This document shows positions 62,276 to 64,000 of a stretch of 64,000 nucleotides of DNA, piece by piece. The stretch comes from Heterodontus francisci. Taxonomy: Eukaryota. The notes below the pieces were generated by a model. The model had not been told where the DNA came from. It did no database searches and was given only the letters and a program-made list of their open reading frames with translations. The stretch spans positions 45,261,095 to 45,325,094 of the forward strand of contig NC_090403.1 in the NCBI RefSeq assembly GCF_036365525.1, in the 5' to 3' direction. Position 1 is the stretch's first letter; each line of letters begins with the position of its first letter. Position numbers and translations under genes: made by a program.

Positions 62276-63546
62276 AGAGCTCAGTGCGTGTACGTCCCAA
62301 ATGTTCCCCACTCTTTCACTGCACAGATCTGATTCCTCCCTCTAGCTAATGAGTTGCATCTTTCTTTGATCAGAGTGAGCAATCTTACTGGGTAAAGTGA
62401 CTTATGCAGAGATAGTGGGGACATTGCACAGCATTGCAACGTGCACTGGGGCCTCATACAAGATTGCTAATCACTAGCATATATACTGTTTTCCTGGTGC
62501 CAACCCTGCAAATGATCAGTTTTATTTAATTCAGTTTTACAACTTGCCATGGTGGGATTATAACTACTGACAACTGGTTCGCCATTCCAGTACTACAACC
62601 ACTAAGCTACCTAACTCAAAATACAAACTTGAGTTGTATTTAGTACTTTTCATCACACCGTTCTGTTATTAAAAGATCAAAAGTGTTAACACTTGTGCCA
62701 TGAAATTTCATCATGCATTAAATTTATTTCACAGGCAAAATCACACACCTTTTCCCAGGGATAGCTAATATTTGTATATTCATAGTGTTTTGCATATCAC
62801 AATGTTTCTCACAACGTTTTGAAGAGCACGGATCGTTATATGAGCAGATATATAATTAATGCAGGAATTTCTAACCACTGACTTACAGACACAAGGCCAA
62901 GATTTTCCACTGCTACAAGCCATAACCTGTGATTTTCTGCCCATTAAAATGGATGAGCAGGAAATTGTGGGCTGGAGTGTAGAAGTGGAAACAATAGCCA
63001 AAGGCTCTATTTTGAGAATTATTTTCCTCTGATAGGAGAAGGAAACTGAATTTTAACTAATTTTCTGCTACCTTTTAGCCTCATCCCCATCTGAGACAGT
63101 AGCCAGGTGGTGTACCCAGGTTCTGTCCCAATGCCACTCTTGAAGTGGTCCCTTGCAGGTGCACAAATGTAAGCTGCTTGGGAAAGGTTCATACACTTAC
63201 TTATTTCCTCTTCTACCTGCAAGAAGCATCTAATAATAAAACTGAGGCTGCTGTGTAAGAAAACACATAGCATGGCAATGGAATGCAATATAGCATTCAC
63301 TAAGGAATTGGTCTCACTGGACATCTTAGAGCACTGACACTTATACCTGTACGTGTAAACCTTTGATACTTGTCATTATGACTACATACTCATTTGACAC
63401 ATATGTCAAGGTTAGCATTATCAGTGTGTATGAAGTATTACAGAGCCATAAATCAGCATTACAATAGATAGGATCAAGTAGTTTAACAAAAAAAACAAAT
63501 CAGGCTTATAAAGTTGACATGTTTAATTTGTACTGGCTCCATTTTA

Positions 63547-63725
63547 TCATAGGAACGTAAGAGCAGGAGTAGGCCATTCAGCCCATTGAGCCTGCCCCGC
63601 CATTCAATATGATCATGGCTGATCATCCACTTCAATGCCTTTTTCCCCACACTATCCCTATACCCATTTATGTCATTTGTATTTAGAAATCTGTCAATCT
63701 CTGCTTTAAACATACTCAATGACTG
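63547..63725 (-). mobile_element. CR1 3' tail fragment
   Basis: SMFKAEIDRFL plus CR1 tail. Confidence 0.8.
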
Positions 63726-64000
63726 AATTATGTTTTTGGAGCCAGTTTTCTTACTTTAATACGCTTGTATTTACTTTAATTAGAATTGGTTTTGTTGGAA
63801 GTGACCTGATCGAGTTTATTTGTGCTGAGAAGGCAAAGGGTTAAGGGCAAATATTTGCTTGTGAAAGTAGGAGCAATCCTCTTAAGCTAAACTCTGCCAT
63901 GGATATTGCAAACACATTAACTTGCATTTTACAACCTGATTCTTGGCCTAATTGCATTGATTTATCAATTACAACCAAGCAAACCTGTGTAAACAAAGCT

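Noticed and set aside
1-64000. CRISPR array, retron or other prokaryotic RT-associated system
   Set aside because: No regularly spaced repeats or operon structure. All RT sequences are eukaryotic non-LTR types in vertebrate-style DNA.

Overview
Repeat-rich, non-coding vertebrate DNA, most probably from a shark or ray. The inference rests on V-SINE (HE1-like), Deu-domain SINE (SacSINE1-like), CR1/HER1-like, L2, Tx1 and Penelope-like elements occurring together. I recognise no host protein-coding gene. The only intact long ORF is an RTE-clade LINE ORF (1082-4273: AP endonuclease, reverse transcriptase, C-terminal Cys/His motif). A 5'-truncated sister copy about 98-99% identical lies at 8289-9218. 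The rest is a layered set of decayed retroelements, two solo-LTR-like inserts, several MITEs with 3-bp target-site duplications (TSDs) and a degraded Harbinger transposase. The most notable observations are three Penelope-like inserts with a minimal hammerhead-ribozyme motif and 13-17-bp TSDs (two share almost the same 5' boundary), and a ~209-bp direct duplication flanking a LINE insertion. Weaker signals are candidate minus-strand micro-exons and a repeat-poor island at 39-47 kb. All family assignments were made by eye, with no database searches. Boundaries of decayed repeats are approximate.
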